From positions 26,228,001 to 26,292,000 of the forward strand of contig CM075988.1 of the NCBI GenBank assembly GCA_038087875.1: a stretch of DNA of 64,000 nucleotides. The letters run 5' to 3'. Position 1 is the first letter of the stretch, and every line of letters starts with the position of its first letter. The DNA comes from Malacoraja senta (taxonomy: Eukaryota). Below are positions 14,131 through 27,329 of the stretch, in pieces. The notes beneath the pieces were generated by a model. It was given only the letters and a program-made list of their open reading frames with translations. It ran no database searches and was not told where the DNA came from. The translations under genes and the position numbers were made by a program.

Positions 14131-14274
14131 ATCAATGCAATGAGATGAAAAGCAGGTGATTACAGTTATGTACAGGTGCTCCCGAGGATACGAATGCCGG
14201 ATTTATTACAGCCCGTACATAGGGATGAATGTTTGGAAGGCCGGCAGGGTGGATTTGCTGGCAGCTGCAGGCAC

Positions 14275-14680
14275 CATAGATACATAGACAATAGGTGCAG
14301 GAGTAGGCCATTCTGCCCTTCAAACCAGCACCACCATTCAATGTGATCATGGCTGATCATCCACAATCAGTACCCCGTTCCTGCCTTCTCCTCATACCCC
14401 TTGATTCCCATAGCCCTAAGAGCTCCACTGAACTCTTTTTTGAATGCATCCAGTGAATCGGCCTCCACTGCCTTCTGAGGCAGAGAATTCCACAAATTCA
14501 CAACTCTCTGTGTGAAAAGGTTTTTCTTCATCTCAGTTCTAAATGGCCTACTCCTTATTCTTAAACTGTGGCCCCTGGTTCTGGACTCCCCCAACATTGG
14601 GAACATGTTTCCTGCATCTAGCGTGTCCAATCCCTTAATAATATTATATGTTTCTATAAGATGCCCTCTCATCCTTCTCG
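14275..14680 (-). mobile_element. CR1 LINE 3' end
   Basis: ORF 14367-14726 ends RRMRGHLIETYNIIKGLD...GIKGYEEKAGTGY*, with a CR1 3' UTR and tail. Confidence 0.9.
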
Positions 14681-15374
14681 ACCTCAAAGGGTAGCAGAAG
14701 CAGAATCTTTGCTTTTTTTTAGGCAAAGGTGTCTATGCTTTTCATAGGCAAGGGAGAGAAGGGTTACTGGGAATTGGCAGAAATGTGCCGTATAGATTAT
14801 AATCAGATGGCTCACGATCTTATCGAATATCAGATCAGCTTTGAGGGGCATGTGGCTACTCTTGCTCCTAGTGTGTATCCCTGTATTGAATAACAAAGTG
14901 TTGGAGGAACTCAGCAGGCCAGGTAGCATCTGTGCTGGGTCTGAAGAAGGGTCCCAGCCTGAAACATAGTCTGACAATTTCCCTCCAGATACCAGAACCT
15001 GCAGTCTCCAGTGTCTCTTAGTGCTCCAAGAAATTGTGACAAAGCATTTCAAGACTAAATATTTCTGTCTTGCAGGCAATGAATATGAGCAGAGAATATT
15101 TCAATTGGTTTAGATAAGCAATACTGGAGGCCAGAGGTTGTCTCCTAAACTTGAGGTGATTTAGGTATGAAATGTAACAGGAAAATATAGGGAGTAGATG
15201 ATTGTTGATGGTAAAGAGTGACAAATATTGTCTTCTAAATGACCATTAACAGTTTTCACTTTGCAAATGCTTATGTGGGATGATGAAAGACGATTGTTGG
15301 GTTACCTCTGAGAAACTATATTAAAAATGATTTTTCTTCTCTCCTCCCCCTTTCATATTGTAAAATCAGACAGT

Positions 15375-15445
15375 GCAACTTTTCATTTCCTCATTGGTGC
15401 AGCACAAGGAAACTCAGCATCGTTCCACGTAAGCATTGGAAATTG
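15375..15445 (+). promoter_or_regulatory. Candidate proximal promoter of the MZB1-like gene (EICE, reverse CCAAT boxes, XBP1/ATF6-like site)
   Basis: TTTCATTTCC at 15381-15390 (reverse of GGAAnnGAAA), ATTGG at 15393 and 15435, CCACGTAA at 15425, all within 135 bp of the ATG. Confidence 0.4.
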
Positions 15446-15514
15446 TTATTATCAGCCTTCGATTTTGAATTACACTGATTGAATATATCGCCAACCATTA
15501 ACACTTTGGCTATC

Positions 15515-15739
15515 ATGAAGCTTCTTGTTCTGACAATTCTACTTTTATGCGTGCATGACATCGTCGTCGGAATCAGTCAGAAGATTACCAAGAAATTGTC
15601 TATTACTCAAAATACGGGTCAATTTCAAAGCTCGGGGACTTTTGAGATGAAAGCGCCAGATCTAAATGATGAAGAGTTTCACTCCAGCCATATGCCTGAT
15701 CATTTGAAATGTGATTCCTGCAGAGCTATTTCTTACCAG
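15515..15739 (+). CDS. MZB1: MZB1-like coding exon 1 (signal peptide and CxxC)
   Basis: ATG at 15515; 75 codons ending CDSCRAISYQ|gtaggt. Confidence 0.93.
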
Positions 15740-18700
15740 GTAGGTAACGTACTGTGCTGTGCTACCAGTGCAATGTTTTGGCACTGTTCGTGTTGAGATG
15801 CAGTGATCTTTATCTGCACCGATCTGTCATTATTTCTGTCTTTACTTATCATTTCCTTTATATTTTGCAACCAGGTTTATTCATCTAATAATGCAAATTT
15901 GAACATTTATTCAATTAACAAATTACTAATTCGTTGACATGTCAATTCAATACCAAAGGGAAAATTAATAAGTTCATAACCAAAAGTCTCCATACTATCC
16001 CCATATTATAATGGTGACCACAATCCCAAAATACCCTGATAGACCATAAGATAAGCATGGCTGTTCTATTTTTCCCTCTCAACCCCATTCTCATGCCTTC
16101 TCCCCATAACCTTTCATGCCCTTCCCAATCAAGAATCTATCTATCCCTGCCTTAAAAATACTCAATGTCTTGGCCTTGCCACAGCCAACTGTGGCAATGA
16201 ATTCCACAGATCTTTTGGCTTAAGAAATTCCTCCTCCCATTTTGAAGGTACGTCCTTTTATTCTGAGGCTGTGCCCTCTGGTTCTAGACTCCCCCATTAC
16301 TGGAACCATTCTCTACATGTCCACTCTATCAAAGCTTTTCATTATCCGGTAGGTTTCAATGAGTTCCCCCTCATCCTTCTCAACTCCAGCGAGTGCATTC
16401 ACAGAGCTTTCAAACACTCATCATACATTAAGCCAATCATCCCCGGATTCATTCTCGTAAACCTCCACTGGACCCTCTCCAATGCCAGCACATCCTTCCT
16501 CAGACATGTGCCTCAAAACTGCTCACAATATTCTAAATGTGGCCTCACCAGCACCTGATAAAGCCTCAGCATTACATCCATGCTTTTATATTTCTAGTCC
16601 CTTTGAAATGAATGCTAACATTGCATTTGCCTTCCTTACTGCCGACTCAACCTGCAAATGAACCTTTTGCGAATCCTGCATCTGCATTCCCAAGGCTCTT
16701 TGCACTTCTGATTTTTGAATCCACTCCCCATTTAGAAAATAGCCTGCGCCTTTATTCCTTCTACTAAAGTGCATGATCGTGCACTTTGCGACCCTGTATT
16801 CCATTTGCTACTTATTTGCCCACTCTCCCAACCTCTCCAGGTCCTTCTGCAACCTGAACTTAAAGAAAGGTAACTTTGAGGGTATGAGACGTGAATTGGC
16901 CAAGATTGACTGGCAATTAATTCTAAAAGGGTTGACGGTGGATATGAAATGGAAGACATTTAAAGACTGCATGGATGAACTACAAAAATTGTTCATCCCA
17001 GTTTGGCAAAAGAATAAATCAGGGAAGGTAGTGCATCCGTGGATAACAAGGGAAATCAGGGATGGTATCAAAGCGAAGGATGATGCGTACAAATTAGCCA
17101 GAAAAAGCAGCATACCGGAGGACTGGGAGAAATTCAGAGACCAGCAGAGGAGTACAAAGGGCTTAATTAGGAAAGGAAAAATAGATTATGAAAGAAAACT
17201 GGCAGGGAACATAAAAACTGACTGCAAAAGTTTTTATAGATATGTGAAGAGAAAGAGATTAGTTAAAACAAATGTAGGTCCCTTGCAGTCAGAAACAGGT
17301 GAGTTGATCATGGGGAACAAGGATATGGCGGACCAATTGAATAACTACTTTGGTTCCGTCTTCACTAAGGAAGACATAAATAATCTGCCGGAAATAGCAG
17401 GGGACCGCGGGTCAAAGAAGTTAGAGGAATTGGGTGAAATCCAGGTTAGTCGGGAAGTGGTGTTGGGTAAATTGAATGGATTAAAGGCCGATAAATCCCC
17501 AGGGCCAGATAGGCTGCATCCCAGAGTACTTAAGGAAGTAGCTCCAGAAATAGTGGATGCATTAGTAATAATCTTTCAAAACTCTTTAGATTCTGGAGTA
17601 GTTCCTGAGGATTGGCGGGTAGCAAACGTAACCCCACTTTTTAAGAAGGGAGGGAGAGAGAAAACGGGGAATTACAGACCAGTTAGTCTAACGTCGGTAG
17701 TGGGGAAACTGCTAGAGTCAGTTATTAAAGATGGGATAGCAGCACATTTGGAAAGTGGTGAAATAATTGGACAAAGTCAGCATGGATTTACGAAAGGTAA
17801 ATCATGTCTGACGAATCTTATAGAATTTTTCGAGGATGTAACTAGTAGCGTGGATAGGGGAGAACCAGTGGATGTGGTGTATCTGGACTTCCAGAAGGCT
17901 TTCGACAAGGTCCCACATAAGAGATTAGTATACAAACTTAAAGCACACGGTATTGGGGGTTCAGTATTGATGTGGATAGAGAACTGGCTGGCAAACAGGA
18001 AGCAAAGAGTAGGAGTAAACGGGTCCTTTTCACAATGGCAGGCAGTGACTAGTGGGGTACCGCAAGGCTCAGTGCTGGGACCCCAGCTATTTACAATATA
18101 TATTAATGACCTGGATGAGGGAATTGAAGGCAATATCTCCAAGTTTGCGGATGACACTAAGCTGGGGGGCAGTGTTAGCTGTGAGGAGGATGCTAGGAGA
18201 CTGCAAGGTGACTTGGATAGGCTGGGTGAGTGGGCAAATGTTTGGCAGATGCAGTATAATGTGGATAAATGTGAAGTTATCCATTTTGGTGGCAAAAACT
18301 GGAAAGCAGACTATTATCTAAATGGTGGCCGACTAGGAAAAGGGGAGATGCAGCGAGACCTGGGTGTCATGGTACACCAGTCATTGAAAGTAGGCATGCA
18401 GGTGCAGCAGGCAGTGAAGAAAGCGAATGGTATGTTAGCTTTCATAGCAAAAGGATTTGAGTATAGGAGCAGGGAGGTTCTACTGCAGTTGTACAGGGTC
18501 TTGGTGAGACCACACCTGGAGTATTGCGTACAGTTTTGGTCTCCAAATCTGAGGAAGGACATTATTGCCATAGAGGGAGTGCAGAGAAGGTTCACCAGAC
18601 TGATTCCTGGGATGTCAGGACTGTCTTATGAAGAAAGACTGGATAGACTTGATTTATACTCTCTAGAATTTAGGAGATTGAGAGGGGATCTTATAGAAAC

Positions 18701-21700
18701 TTTCAAAATTCTTAAGAGGTTGGACAGGCTAGATGCAGGAAGATTGCTCCCGATGTTGGGGAAGTCCAGGACAAGGGGTCACAGCTTAAGAATAAGGGGG
18801 AAATCCTTTAAAACCGAGATGAGAAGAACTTTTTTCACACAGAGAGTGGTGAATCTCTGGAACTCTCTGCCACAGAGGGTAGTCGAGGCCAGTTCATTGG
18901 CTATATTTAAGAGGGAATTAGATGTGGCCCTTGTGGCTAAAGGGATCAGAGGGTATGGAGAGAAGGCAGGTACAGGATACTGAGTTGGATGATCAGCCAG
19001 GATCCTACTCCTGCACCTAATTTCTATGTTTCTATGTTTCTATGTTAACCTTCCTCCTTCTTCCACACTACCTGATGGCCTACAATAGAAACTGCAGCCA
19101 AATTTGAATTGGGGAAAAAAAAGAGTAAATTTAGAATGAATGCATTTATGAAGGACTAAGATATTTCATTGATTGTGTGCCGTTGTGCTATCGGATAGGT
19201 ACATTTTGATTGCTAGCTATCGATTATTAGATTTTTACTTCCAAACTGAGAAGCACTACCTTTTTGTTAAAGACAGACTAAACAAATTAGTGAAGCCAGT
19301 CCTTTACAGGCTGTCATATATTTCAGTGGACAAAACACTAGAGATAATGAAAGTATAGCAAAACAATGAAGTCCTTATGATTTTATTTTGCTGGGAATTG
19401 ACATATCTGATTATTAAGGATGTCTAATCTTAACTTCTTCAAAATAGAGAATATTATTATGGGAGTTTGGAAATGGGTGAAACAAAGAAATATGTATGCC
19501 GTGAAGAAGTTTTGGGTGAGGAATAAGTATTAATGTTCTTGTTGACCATATCCAGAAGGAAACTGAATTATAATAATGAATAAAAAGTGGTTTTACTTCT
19601 TTGAAACTTATTGATATTTTGCCAAACTACTCTTCCATTGTTGTTCAACTTGATGTGGAAAAGATGCAAGAATATCTTTCCAAAAGGGAATCACAGATCT
19701 CCGCAGTGAAAGAGGGCAAAGCAATGCTGAGTGAATCTGAGTACACTGATGCTTTGGAGAAGTGTTGTGGTCAGAGTTGGGAAAGGTGAGTGTGCTGCGA
19801 GTTTGTCTTTGATGTAAAATGAAACATTTAGTTTTTTGTCATTGACAGTGATATAGATAAGTAAGTAAGTGTTTGAAAAAAACACTGAAATGAGGTTATG
19901 CGTAATAGCTTGGCATGGATGAAAAATTAACTCATTTGTTATGTTACGTTTTTTAGACATCAATAATCATTTACTTATATGTTGATCACAACTCCATAGT
20001 TTTTAAGAAGGGTTTGAATTGGGAAAGTACTAAATTGGAGTAAGGCAAACTACAACTTTATTAGGAGGAGCTCGGGAGGGTATACTAGGAGCAATTACAA
20101 TTGGGTAATCTGACATGGGAGTTGTTTAAAGACCAGTTGATCATAGTTCAGAACTGGCATGTTCCAGTGAGAAGGAGGGCCTTGGATTACTGAAGAGGTT
20201 GTAGATTTAGTTTAAAAGAAAATTGAAAGCATGCAAGGTTTAAGAAGATGGAATATAAAGAAAGAAGGAAAGAACTCAAGTGGCCGTTAAGAAGGGCTAA
20301 AGGGGGCCACAAAATGGCTTTGATGATTCGGATGAAAGAAAATCCCAAAGCCTTCTGTACCTATATTAAAAACAAGATAGTAACCTGGGAAAAAGTAGGA
20401 CCACTCAAGGATCACAAAGGGAATTTCTATTTGGAGTCTGGGATGTAGGATAGGTATTAAATGAACACTTTGCATTTGTTATCACCAAAGAGAAGGAAAT
20501 TGAAGTAAATGTGGAGAACACTAATATGCAAGGGCAGTTTGAGATTAACAAGGAGGAAGTGTAGAGGCTTTTGAAGAACATTAAGGTGGATAAATCCCCT
20601 GGACCTGACGAGGCTTATCCCAGGTTATTGACAGAAGCAAAAGAGGAGATTGCAGGAGCCTTGATGACGATCTTTGTATCTTCACTAGCCAGGTCCCAAA
20701 GGATAGGAGAGTAGCTAATGTTGTTCCTTTATTTAAGATGGGAAGTAGATAAAATCCAAGGAATTATCAGCTGATGTGCCTGATGTCGGTGGTAGGGAGG
20801 TTATTGGAGAGAATTCTTCAGCATAGAATTTACTCCCATTTGGATGAGAATTGGTTAATTGGGGACATTCAGCATGGTATTGTACACAGCATGTTTTGCC
20901 TTACTAACTTGATCGAAATTTTTGAGGAGGTGAGGAAGGATAGGGCAGTGCATGTTGTCAACATGGATTTTAGTAAGTCATTTGATAAAGTCCCCCCCAT
21001 GGTAGGCTGATCCAGAAGATTAAGAAGCACAGGATTAACAATAACTTGCTTGTTTGGATTCAGAACTTTCACAATAGAGGGCCGTGATGGATGAACAATA
21101 TTCAGACTGCAGGTCTGTGACCAGTAGACTTCTGCAGGAATCTGTGTTGGGACCTCAACTGTTTGTGATATATATAAATGACGGACATAAATGTGGACAA
21201 ATATAAAGGGGAAATATACAATGAATGGCATGACCCTTAACAGCATTTTGGGGCCCAAGTCCATAACTTCCTGGACAAGTAGATAGAGTGGAAAATAAGT
21301 CATATGGCGTGCTTGCTTTCATAGGTCAGGTCATAGTGTACAAGAGTGAGAAAGACATTATCTGACTAAACTTTCCATCAACATCACAAACCACAAACAA
21401 AAGTGAATTGTGGTTCAGATCATATACGATGAGATCATCATCTGATAAAGCAAAAGTATATTCGGAGCGCCAATATTTTTAACCCTTCTCTAAAATATTA
21501 GTCTTTAACCAGAATTTTCAGTTTTATCAAGAAACAATGTTTAGTTGATTTCCATGAAATTATGTAGCATGTAGACACAAAAAGCTGGAGTAACTCAGCG
21601 GGACAGGCAGCATCTCTGGAGAGAAGAATGGGTGACGTTTTGGGTCGAGACCCTTCTTCATCAGCATGTAATCGATTTACTAAATTCATTCAGGTTTTGC

Positions 21701-24093
21701 AGAAAAAAATTCTATCTCCACCTTAAATGTATCTAATGATCTAGCCTGAACCACCCTTGAAGGCAGTGGATTCTAAAAATGTATTACCCTCTGACATGAG
21801 AAACTGTTATGCATTACACAAAGTGCTGGAGTAACTCTGTGCGTCAGGCAGCTACTCGGGAGGATACACACAAAGATGGATAAGCGATGTTTCACTTCCC
21901 CATCCGAAATGTTGCCTATCCATGTCCTCCAGTGATGCTGCCTGACCCGCTGAGTTATTCCAATACTTTGTGTTTTGCTCAAGACTCCAGTATCTGCAGT
22001 TCCTTGTTTCTCTAATTTTTTATTCATTTCAGTTTTAAATGAATGGCCCCTTATTTTTCAGCTTTGTCCCCTTTTTTGTAACTCTCCCATTAGTGAAAAC
22101 ATTTTGGCATCAAACTTGGGATCTTATGTTTGAATAAGTTCAAAACTCCAAGGAACACAGAACTAACGTGTTTTTCCTCTGAAGGGACGGCCCTATCATC
22201 CCTGGTATTAGCCTGGTGAATCTCCTATGGAACATTGTAGACCTGAGAAAATGAACCCCAAACCTTGTGCACCCTGCAGCCATCTCTCCATGACAACTAT
22301 TAAATCATACTTATACATTGTTGTGTGCCATCAACTCATCTATATTGTGCTTTGATATTTTTAATAGTTTGGACTAACTCTGAATATGCTCTGTGCTGGG
22401 TACTGTTTACATTTGCTGTCACGAGTCATTTCCCCTCACAGTCCCATGTCACTGCACTCTCATTTCCTCATGATTTACCATACATCCCATTGAAGGGAAA
22501 AAAGACACAATGTGCTGGAGTAACTCAGCGGGTCAGGCAGCATCTGAGGGTGAACATGGATAAGTGACGTTTCGGGTCGGGACCCTTCTTCAGATTGGGA
22601 CCGTTCTTCAATCCCAAAAAGTCATCTTTACATGTTCTCCAGCGATACTGCTTGACCCACTGCGGTACTCCAGCACTGGTACTCCACCAGTTATCTCATT
22701 CTTGGAGCCTATTCTTAACATAAACCCCTGTCCAAAACCCTATGGTTGACAAAACACAGGTCTCGGTAAGATCCAGATGAAGCCTATTCCAACAAAATAG
22801 CTCTCTGAAACATAGTCTAAAGAAGGGTCTCGCCCTGAAACTTCACCCATTCATTCTATCTAGAGATGCTGCCTGTCCCGCTGAGTTACTCCAGCATTTT
22901 GTCTCTATCTTCAGAATAGCTCTCTCGTTCCGCAGTGTCGCATGACTAGGGACCCATTTCTACCACACCACACTTTTACCTTTCTAATTCTGTTTCACAT
23001 TCACCAATTTGCATGTGGCTCAAGTAATAACTTGGAGATGACCAACTTTATTGTATGTTGTGTACTGTGGTGTGTAGTTTAATAAATTACGATCACACCC
23101 TGGTAAACTTACCAGTTTCAACATGTATCCAAAGGCTTCTACTGCATAATCACGTTTTTACAATAATGAGTTTGCCCTACAGCCCTATAGATCAGTGATA
23201 TTTTTGACTTTATTTGATATGCCATACAGGCATGGTGTAATAGACGTTGGTAGTGTTAAACGCCTGTCGGGTCCAGGACTGGAAACAGAAGACTTTACAG
23301 GAGTGAAAATGTTGAGTGGACCATGGCCTGGAAGGTAACTAAAAACTGTACAAATCCTCCCCCCTTCTGTCGTGGGGTAGACTGACTCCCCTCTCTCCCC
23401 TCCCCCCCCCCCCCCCCCTAAATCTTTGCACATCCCCAATCCTTTCCACTCATCACCTTAATTTCATGTATCTTGTATTTTATGACTTGGCAGATCAATT
23501 TCCCTCCTGGGATAAATAAAGTTCTTTCGTATCGTATTGTTTCATTATTTCTGATGTCCATTAAGTTGTGAGAACTTTAACATCCCCTTCTGAATGTTAA
23601 ATGTAGATGATAGTTGAAGTGGAAGGCCTTCTGGTTTGGTTGGCCCACACTTTTGGATTATTTCTACACAGTAAATTTGGTGCTTAGTGTGTGTTCAAAT
23701 GTCACTTTAGAGGAACAACATTCCAGTTTAAAGTTGTCTTTTAGATGTAAATCATTTTAAATGCACAAAACTGTAATCATTTTAAGATATTTTTAAGCTC
23801 TTCATTGATTTCATTATAAAATCTCAAACTGAAAATGGCTTTGGTGTAATTTTGGGTAAGAGGAAGCAGAAATTGCTTTTGTACTTCTCACTTCAGTTCT
23901 TCCACGCAGATTAACATTTATGTGTAATTGTTACAGATTGTTCAAAATGTGCCAGGCTTACCTGGGAGAGTTTACAGAAGATGACATTTACAAGGAGTAC
24001 AGAAATAATCGGGATTACTTGGAAGATTTTCTCTGCTATGGTGAAAATGGAGCTTGCACCAAGCACACAACAGGTTTTAAGGATGAAATGTAA
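15515..24093 (+). CDS. MZB1: Marginal zone B and B1 cell-specific protein (MZB1/pERp1)-like, 202 aa; join(15515-15739,19664-19785,23230-23334,23937-24093)
   Basis: Signal peptide MKLLVLTILLLCVHDIVVG. APDLNDEEFHSSHMPDHLKCDSCRAISYQ matches human APQLDDEEMYSAHMPAHLRCDACRAVAYQ. Also LSESEYTDALE, VKRLSGPGL, GPWPGRL, YLGEFTEDDIY and C-terminal KDEM. All introns GT-AG, phases 0/2/2, total 609 nt. Confidence 0.93.
16045..16855 (-). mobile_element. Older CR1 LINE (RT C-terminus to 3' UTR), split by a younger CR1; continues at about 19047-19075
   Basis: Minus-strand peptide MEYRVAKCTIMHFSRRNK...AVRKANAMLAFISKGLE. The sequence resumes after the young insertion. Confidence 0.85.
16856..19046 (+). mobile_element. 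Young 5'-truncated CR1 LINE with uninterrupted ORF2 (RT) to stop at 18983
   Basis: About 700 open codons with KSPGPD, NYRPVSLTS, YLDFQKAFDKV, GVPQGSVLGP and KFADDTKL; (TTTCTATG)n tail; AACCT duplicated at 16851-16855 and 19047-19051. Confidence 0.95.
19664..19785 (+). CDS. MZB1: MZB1-like coding exon 2
   Basis: aag|ATGCAAGAA...GAAAG|gtgagt; MQEYLSKRESQISAVKEGKAMLSESEYTDALEKCCGQSWE. Confidence 0.9.
20010..21360 (+). mobile_element. Decayed CR1 LINE ORF2 fragment
   Basis: Peptides KENPKAFCTYIKNK...VGPLKD, DKSPGPD and CLTNLIEIFEEV...MDFSKSFDKVP, with stops and frameshifts. Confidence 0.85.
23230..23334 (+). CDS. MZB1: MZB1-like coding exon 3
   Basis: cag|GCATGGT...GGAAG|gtaact; HGVIDVGSVKRLSGPGLETEDFTGVKMLSGPWPG. 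Not in the supplied ORF track. Confidence 0.92.
23937..24093 (+). CDS. MZB1: MZB1-like coding exon 4 (last)
   Basis: cag|ATTGTTC; LFKMCQAYLGEFTEDDIYKEYRNNRDYLEDFLCYGENGACTKHTTGFKDEM*. Confidence 0.92.
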
Positions 24094-24640
24094 ACATTGA
24101 GCACAATAGTAAGCATATTGGGTGTGGGGTGCAAGTGGATAATTGGGAAAAGGTGACGAGAGGTAGTGAAGGTGACAGAAACAGCAACATGCAAGGTTTC
24201 CATTTATTAAAATGGTGGAACTGAAAATGAGGAATCAGGCACAATTCACACCAGCCCTGACATGCTTTCACATGAAGCGTTACATAATAAATATATTAAT
24301 CCAACTAAATCTTATTTAAATTGATGATCAGTTCTGTTTTCAAAACTTAATATTCTAAGATATTCTAGCATATAAATGTTTTGGATACAGGGAAACCAAT
24401 TATATCCAAATACATACCGGCCATATTTAAAACAAACTTGATTGTGTTGAACAATAAGTGGAAAACATTAACTAGTTTCATTAAAGTTAAATTCAGTTAT
24501 CTGTTGTAGCGTCTTCAGCATTCCATTTATTTTGGGCAGAAATACCTGGAGATTAGTGTTTTATTGGATATTGTGCCAATAGTTGATGTCAGGGCTGCAG
24601 TTTTTCTGTGTTCCAAACTTATGTAACAGAGACCAACATA

Positions 24641-24646
24641 AATAAA
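24641..24646 (+). terminator. Candidate polyadenylation signal of the MZB1-like gene
   Basis: AATAAA about 550 nt after the stop, in an AT-rich 3' UTR. Usage not provable from sequence. Confidence 0.35.
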
Positions 24647-26489
24647 CATATTTGACATAATTTCAAGCTTTGAAATTACATTGTTTTAAGGCAAAGTATT
24701 TTATCAATAATGACAACACCATGATACCGAGCTCTCTATTTCCTTCTTGTACTCATATTGTTCAAAATCCACGCCACTATGGGTGGTGTCATCTGCCAAC
24801 CAATGGTCAGTGTGGTCTTGTTAAAGCAGTTGATATCTCAGATTGGAGTAGGGGAAGGTTAAGGATGTCCGCAAATACTACTTCCAGCTGATCCACACAG
24901 GTTCTGAGAACCTTGTACCTTCCGAAGAGTCCGCCAGGGACTATACTGGAAGTTGGACAATTTTATACTGGACAATTTTGACATTTATCAAGCCAATTAA
25001 CCTACAAACCTGTACGTCTTTGGAATGTGGGAGGAAACCGAAGATCTCGGAGAAAACCCACGCAGGTCACGGGGAGAATGTGCAACACCTTGCACCTGTT
25101 TGCATTAAATTTCATCTGCCTCCACCTCTTTTGCCTCCCTCTCGATCATATCTGAAACAATGAAAGCCCAGAACCTTGAACTGCCAGTTGTATCCTTCTC
25201 ACAAGCATGCTTCCACAATGACCTCAACATCATCGTTCCAAGCACTGATCCAGGCTCTGTTAATTTGATTTATCCACAACACTCCTTGCATTGAAACAAA
25301 CATACGTCAGTCCATCAGCATGACCATTGTCCTTCACCCCTCCCTACCTCTCCTTCCTTTGAGCCTTACTGATCCTAACCACTTTCCCAAGGGCAATTAG
25401 GGATGATAATAAATGATGCCTTTGTTATGGATGACCACATCCTGCAAAGAAAAGAGAAAAAAACACTTTAAAAAGACTAAACAGAGTGACCAAAGAGAAA
25501 AGACCATTGTATTTAACCATTTATGAATTTGAACAACAATGAAAGCCCAGAACATTGAGCTGCCAGTTGTATCCTTCTCACGAGCATTATTAAGCATTAT
25601 TGAACAAAATTTGATACTGAGCCACATAGGAGATATAAAAATAGGTGACTAAAAGTTTGATAAGAGAAATATTTAATCTTAACATAGAATATAGCCGAAG
25701 AGCAGGCCCTTTGGCCCACAAAGTCTGTGCCGAACATAATGCCAAGACCATCTCTTATCCACCTTCACATAACCCACATCCATTCATTCCCTGCACATCC
25801 ATGTGCCTATCCAAAAGTATTTTAAATGCCATAAACATATCTGCTTCAGCCACCACCCCTGGCAGCACATTCCAGGCTCTCACCACCCTCTATGTAAAAA
25901 TAGGAAAGGTAGAAAAATTTAGGGCCTAGTAAGCTGATGCTGGAACAATTGTCCTGAGGAGTGAACAATACTGTAACTGGACAGAAATATGAAGGCTGTA
26001 AAGGTTGAAGAGGTTACAGCAATAGGGAACGATCAGGCTATGGAGGGAAGCAGGAACTTTTGAACTGAACCACAACTTGGTTTGAGCTACAGTTCACATG
26101 AAACAGCAACATTATATGAAAAAGTGAAACTGGAATTTGGGACAAGCCAGTGTTACTCTGAGTAGTACAATGACTTTTAATCCTTTGTTTTTCTTGAGAA
26201 AGTACAGAATAACTACACTAGCAATCAGCTTAATTTAGCTTTGTAAAATGAACAAGTATGATCCTATTTTACACAGGCCACTGGTCCCATAATCTCATGA
26301 CACCGTTCAGTTAATACATAAGGAACCAAAAATGAAACACAAAACATTTTCCCTCGAATAATCCTTTACTGTTATGAAGTCAAAGCAAGACAGGAAGTGA
26401 ATTTATAGATATGTGTTAGCACTTCTCCCCCTTTACACAAGATCATAGAGTCACGCAGTCACGCAGTCTTCTATGTCTAGATGATTCAA

Positions 26490-26935
26490 GTTCATAAGTT
26501 GTGTCGTAGCAGAATTAGGCCATTCGGCCCTTCCAGTCTATTCCGCCGTTCAATCATGGCTGATCTATCTCACCCTCCCAACCCCATTCTCCTGCCTTGT
26601 CCCCATAAACCCAGACCCCCCTACTAATCGAGAATCTATCAATCTCCAGCTTAAAACTAGCCATTGACTTGGTTTCCACAGTCGTCAGTGGCAATGAATT
26701 CCACAGATTCACCATCCTCTGGCTAAAGAAATTCCTCCTTATCTCCTTTCTAAAGGTACGTCCTTTTATTCTGAGACTTTGTCCTCTGGTCCTACACTCC
26801 CACTAGTGGAAACATTCTCTCCACATCCACTCTATCCAGGCCTTTCACTATTCGGTAAGTTTTAATGAGGTCCCCCCCCCCCCCCCGATCCTTATAAACT
26901 CCAGTGAGTACAGGCCCAGTGCCGTCAAATGCTCT
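26490..26935 (-). mobile_element. CR1 LINE 3' end
   Basis: Reverse-strand CR1 terminus (agaattaggccattcggcc...ccacagattcacc...cccactagtggaaacat). Confidence 0.8.
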
Positions 26936-27329
26936 AGATACCTCTTAAATGTTGTCACCAACTCTGCTTCTATCCTTTGTGTGCAGTGCATTCCAGCTAC
27001 ACACCACTCTCTGGGAGAAAAGGTCCTCTGCAGATACCCTCAAAATTTCATACCCCTTACCCTAAACCTATTCTAGTTTTATCCCCCTTTAATATGGGCA
27101 AATGTATCTGGCAAATAGCCGCATTTAATGTTAATATATTTGACTTGGGAGAAGGCAGGAGAATGGGGTTGCGAGGGAAAAATACATCAGCCTCATACAG
27201 CTATGATTTTTGGACTCCCAACCTCCTCCACACCAGGGGAAATAGACCTCCTCCCACCAGTTTCATCTCCTAACTGAAACCTCCCTACACCAGGTACCAT
27301 CCTGGTGATTCTCCAGGTTACATTGCCCA

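Noticed and set aside
16773..18983. 736-aa ORF as a host gene or autonomous element
   Set aside because: It is a 5'-truncated CR1 ORF2 with no endonuclease or ORF1; the start is borrowed from an antisense older CR1.
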